Source of the DNA: Lytechinus pictus
Taxonomy: Eukaryota
NCBI RefSeq assembly: GCF_037042905.1
Contig: NC_087246.1
Span: 1,552,001 to 1,616,000, forward strand
DNA: 64,000 nt
Reading direction: 5' to 3'
The notes under the pieces were generated by a model that was given only the letters and a program-made list of their open reading frames with translations, was not told where the DNA came from and did no database searches. The number at the start of each line of letters is the position of its first letter. Positions within the stretch are counted from its first letter, which is position 1. The position numbers and the translations under genes are program-made. Positions 62,054-64,000 of this stretch are shown here, in pieces.

Positions 62054-63638
62054 AATGTGTCTCCCTTTTATACATATGTTCAAAGAGCCCTTTCCCTATC
62101 TGCCCCTGTAGTACTTTGGAATTCTCTACCATTGAACTACACCATCCTTCTCTATATTTAAATCTATTCTTAAAACTCACTTATTTTCAAAATAATGTTT
62201 ATAAACTTCAATACAGTATGTTGTTAAATATTGTAACTTTTTATTAATTATGCAACTTTTATGTATTGGTTTAATTTAAGTTCAAATTTGTATGACATGT
62301 TTTAGGTTTAAGGTTTAGGTTTATTGGATAATTTAAATTAGGTTTAATGTATAATTTAGTTTATTAAAGTCAATATACATGTATTTTGTAAAGCACATAG
62401 AGAGAGTCTTTTGACTATTATCTGCTATAAAAATTTCAAATATTATTATAAGTTGCAGCAATGAATACCTTGCTCTTGAAGTCAGTTGTCAATTCATTTC
62501 TTTTCTTTTTTTTCATTTTTGGTGTACAAAATTTGAATAAATATAATTTCAAATACTAAAATACAAAAGAATAAGTAGGGACTGTATATCTAGAAACTTA
62601 AGATTCTTTGTTGACTCCATTCACATAATTTTTGTAGTTGTTTATAGAAATATATCCAAAGGAACTGTTGCTGCATTAGTGCCATGAGCGGATCTGGATG
62701 CGCTCAATAAAGACATCAACATTATTATCATTATTATTATTATATGACACCAGCTCATTGCATATTTGTGAAGACATTCACTGTTCTAATGTAGAGCTTC
62801 TAAGTTCTAACTTTGCTATTTCTTATACAATTTTGATTGAATTTTCAGTTTTTCTTTGTCTTGTCTGATGTTACTTTTATCATTTTCAGCCGAATTACCC
62901 CTTTAATTTGTATAAAAAATACAAAAGGAAAAAAATAAAAACCTACAGTGTATGTGTATAAAATTCTAATTAAGTCTCTTTGGTGATTTCATTTTTATTC
63001 AAATACCTGAGCATATTTCTTAAACTAGCATTCTTGTAATAAGAGAATGTAGGCATATAAATGAACGAGGTCCTTACCAACAACAACACAACCACATATT
63101 CTGACAACAACCAAACCTTCCAGGCATCATGCACTTTGGAGTTTACATAGTACAGCACAGAAAGTAGAAATATAACCTAGTCAAATATTGACACAGCTCA
63201 GAACTCCTCAGACTTCAGAATGGCTTCTTTGACTAGAGTTAAGAGACATGAACAGGTTGTGTTCACACGAGACTCTCAAGCTCTATTATGTCTATCTTAT
63301 GTTTCATTGGCTGGATGGATGTTTTACACCCACAGATACATTATAAATTTGATTCAGTGAGTCACTGAATGAACTTCAGTTTTATACTTGCAACACTAAC
63401 ATTTGCTGTGACATGAAAACGTCATGATCGCATGTGCAGAGCTCTACAAATCGACTGTAATCAATCTGATCTAGGTGTACTGTAAAGGATCATAGAATCA
63501 TGTTAACTGTGCATTTGACATTGATAGGATGCATTGTAGCAAACAGTTTTCATCCTAAAATCATGAATTCCAGCAACGTTAAGTTTAAAAGATTTCTACA
63601 GATCCCAATCATGATTCTAAATTTCTTACCCATCTTAA

Positions 63639-64000
63639 AGGGGAAGTTCACCCTTAAGAAAAGTATAATGTGAAAACAGCAGAAAAAGTAATAAAAAATA
63701 TTGGTGAAGATTTGAGGAAAATCCATTAAAGATTATTAAAGAAAGTTATTGGAATTTCAAGTTTTGGATTTGTGACATCTTAAACCAACAGCTGCCCCAT
63801 ACATGTATATTATGTAATATAAAATGAATAAATTTCAAGTTTTTAATGGTTCGCAATGACTAATTTATGTTTTCTTTTAGGAACGGGTGTGAAATGATTT
63901 GTCCATTATTATACTGAGGTACAGTAAAAACCATGTTTTATTTTCAGAGAAAATGACATGTAGGAAAGCTGCTCGCATACAGTGTATGACATCACAAATC
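63639..64000. mobile_element. Left part of a Kolobok-like element running off the window
   Basis: TTAA followed by AGGGGAAGTTCACCC, with body similar in style to the other TTAA-flanked elements. Confidence 0.5.

Noticed and set aside
58372..64000. Upstream MTMR exons (N-terminal PH-GRAM part)
   Set aside because: I could not identify a convincing exon in this interval. They probably lie beyond the window, though a small exon could have been missed.

Overview
AT-rich, intron-rich animal genomic DNA. The repeat landscape suggests a marine invertebrate deuterostome such as a sea urchin, but this is inference. I reconstructed three spliced genes by hand, all with GT-AG introns and consistent phases. 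TUBGCP4 (minus, 14 exons, 1861-12753, ~657 aa) lies head-to-head with RFC2 (plus, 9 exons, 13173-28479, ~352 aa) across a ~420-bp promoter that carries an E2F site. An MTMR3/4-type myotubularin with a FYVE domain is on the minus strand (13 visible exons, 37670-58371), and its 5' exons were not found in the window. Introns hold many non-autonomous DNA transposons (PIF/Harbinger-like, Kolobok-like, TA-TSD, hAT-like, ISL2EU-like), a tRNA-derived SINE, LINE tails and microsatellites. The most striking structure is a ~3.86-kb near-palindrome in RFC2 intron 1. Its junctions show that one Harbinger-like element inserted, inverted, into the CTG within the terminal inverted repeat of a sibling element, giving nested CAG and CTG target-site duplications. 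A candidate alternative first exon for RFC2, whose ATG would be created by splicing, sits just downstream of this palindrome.
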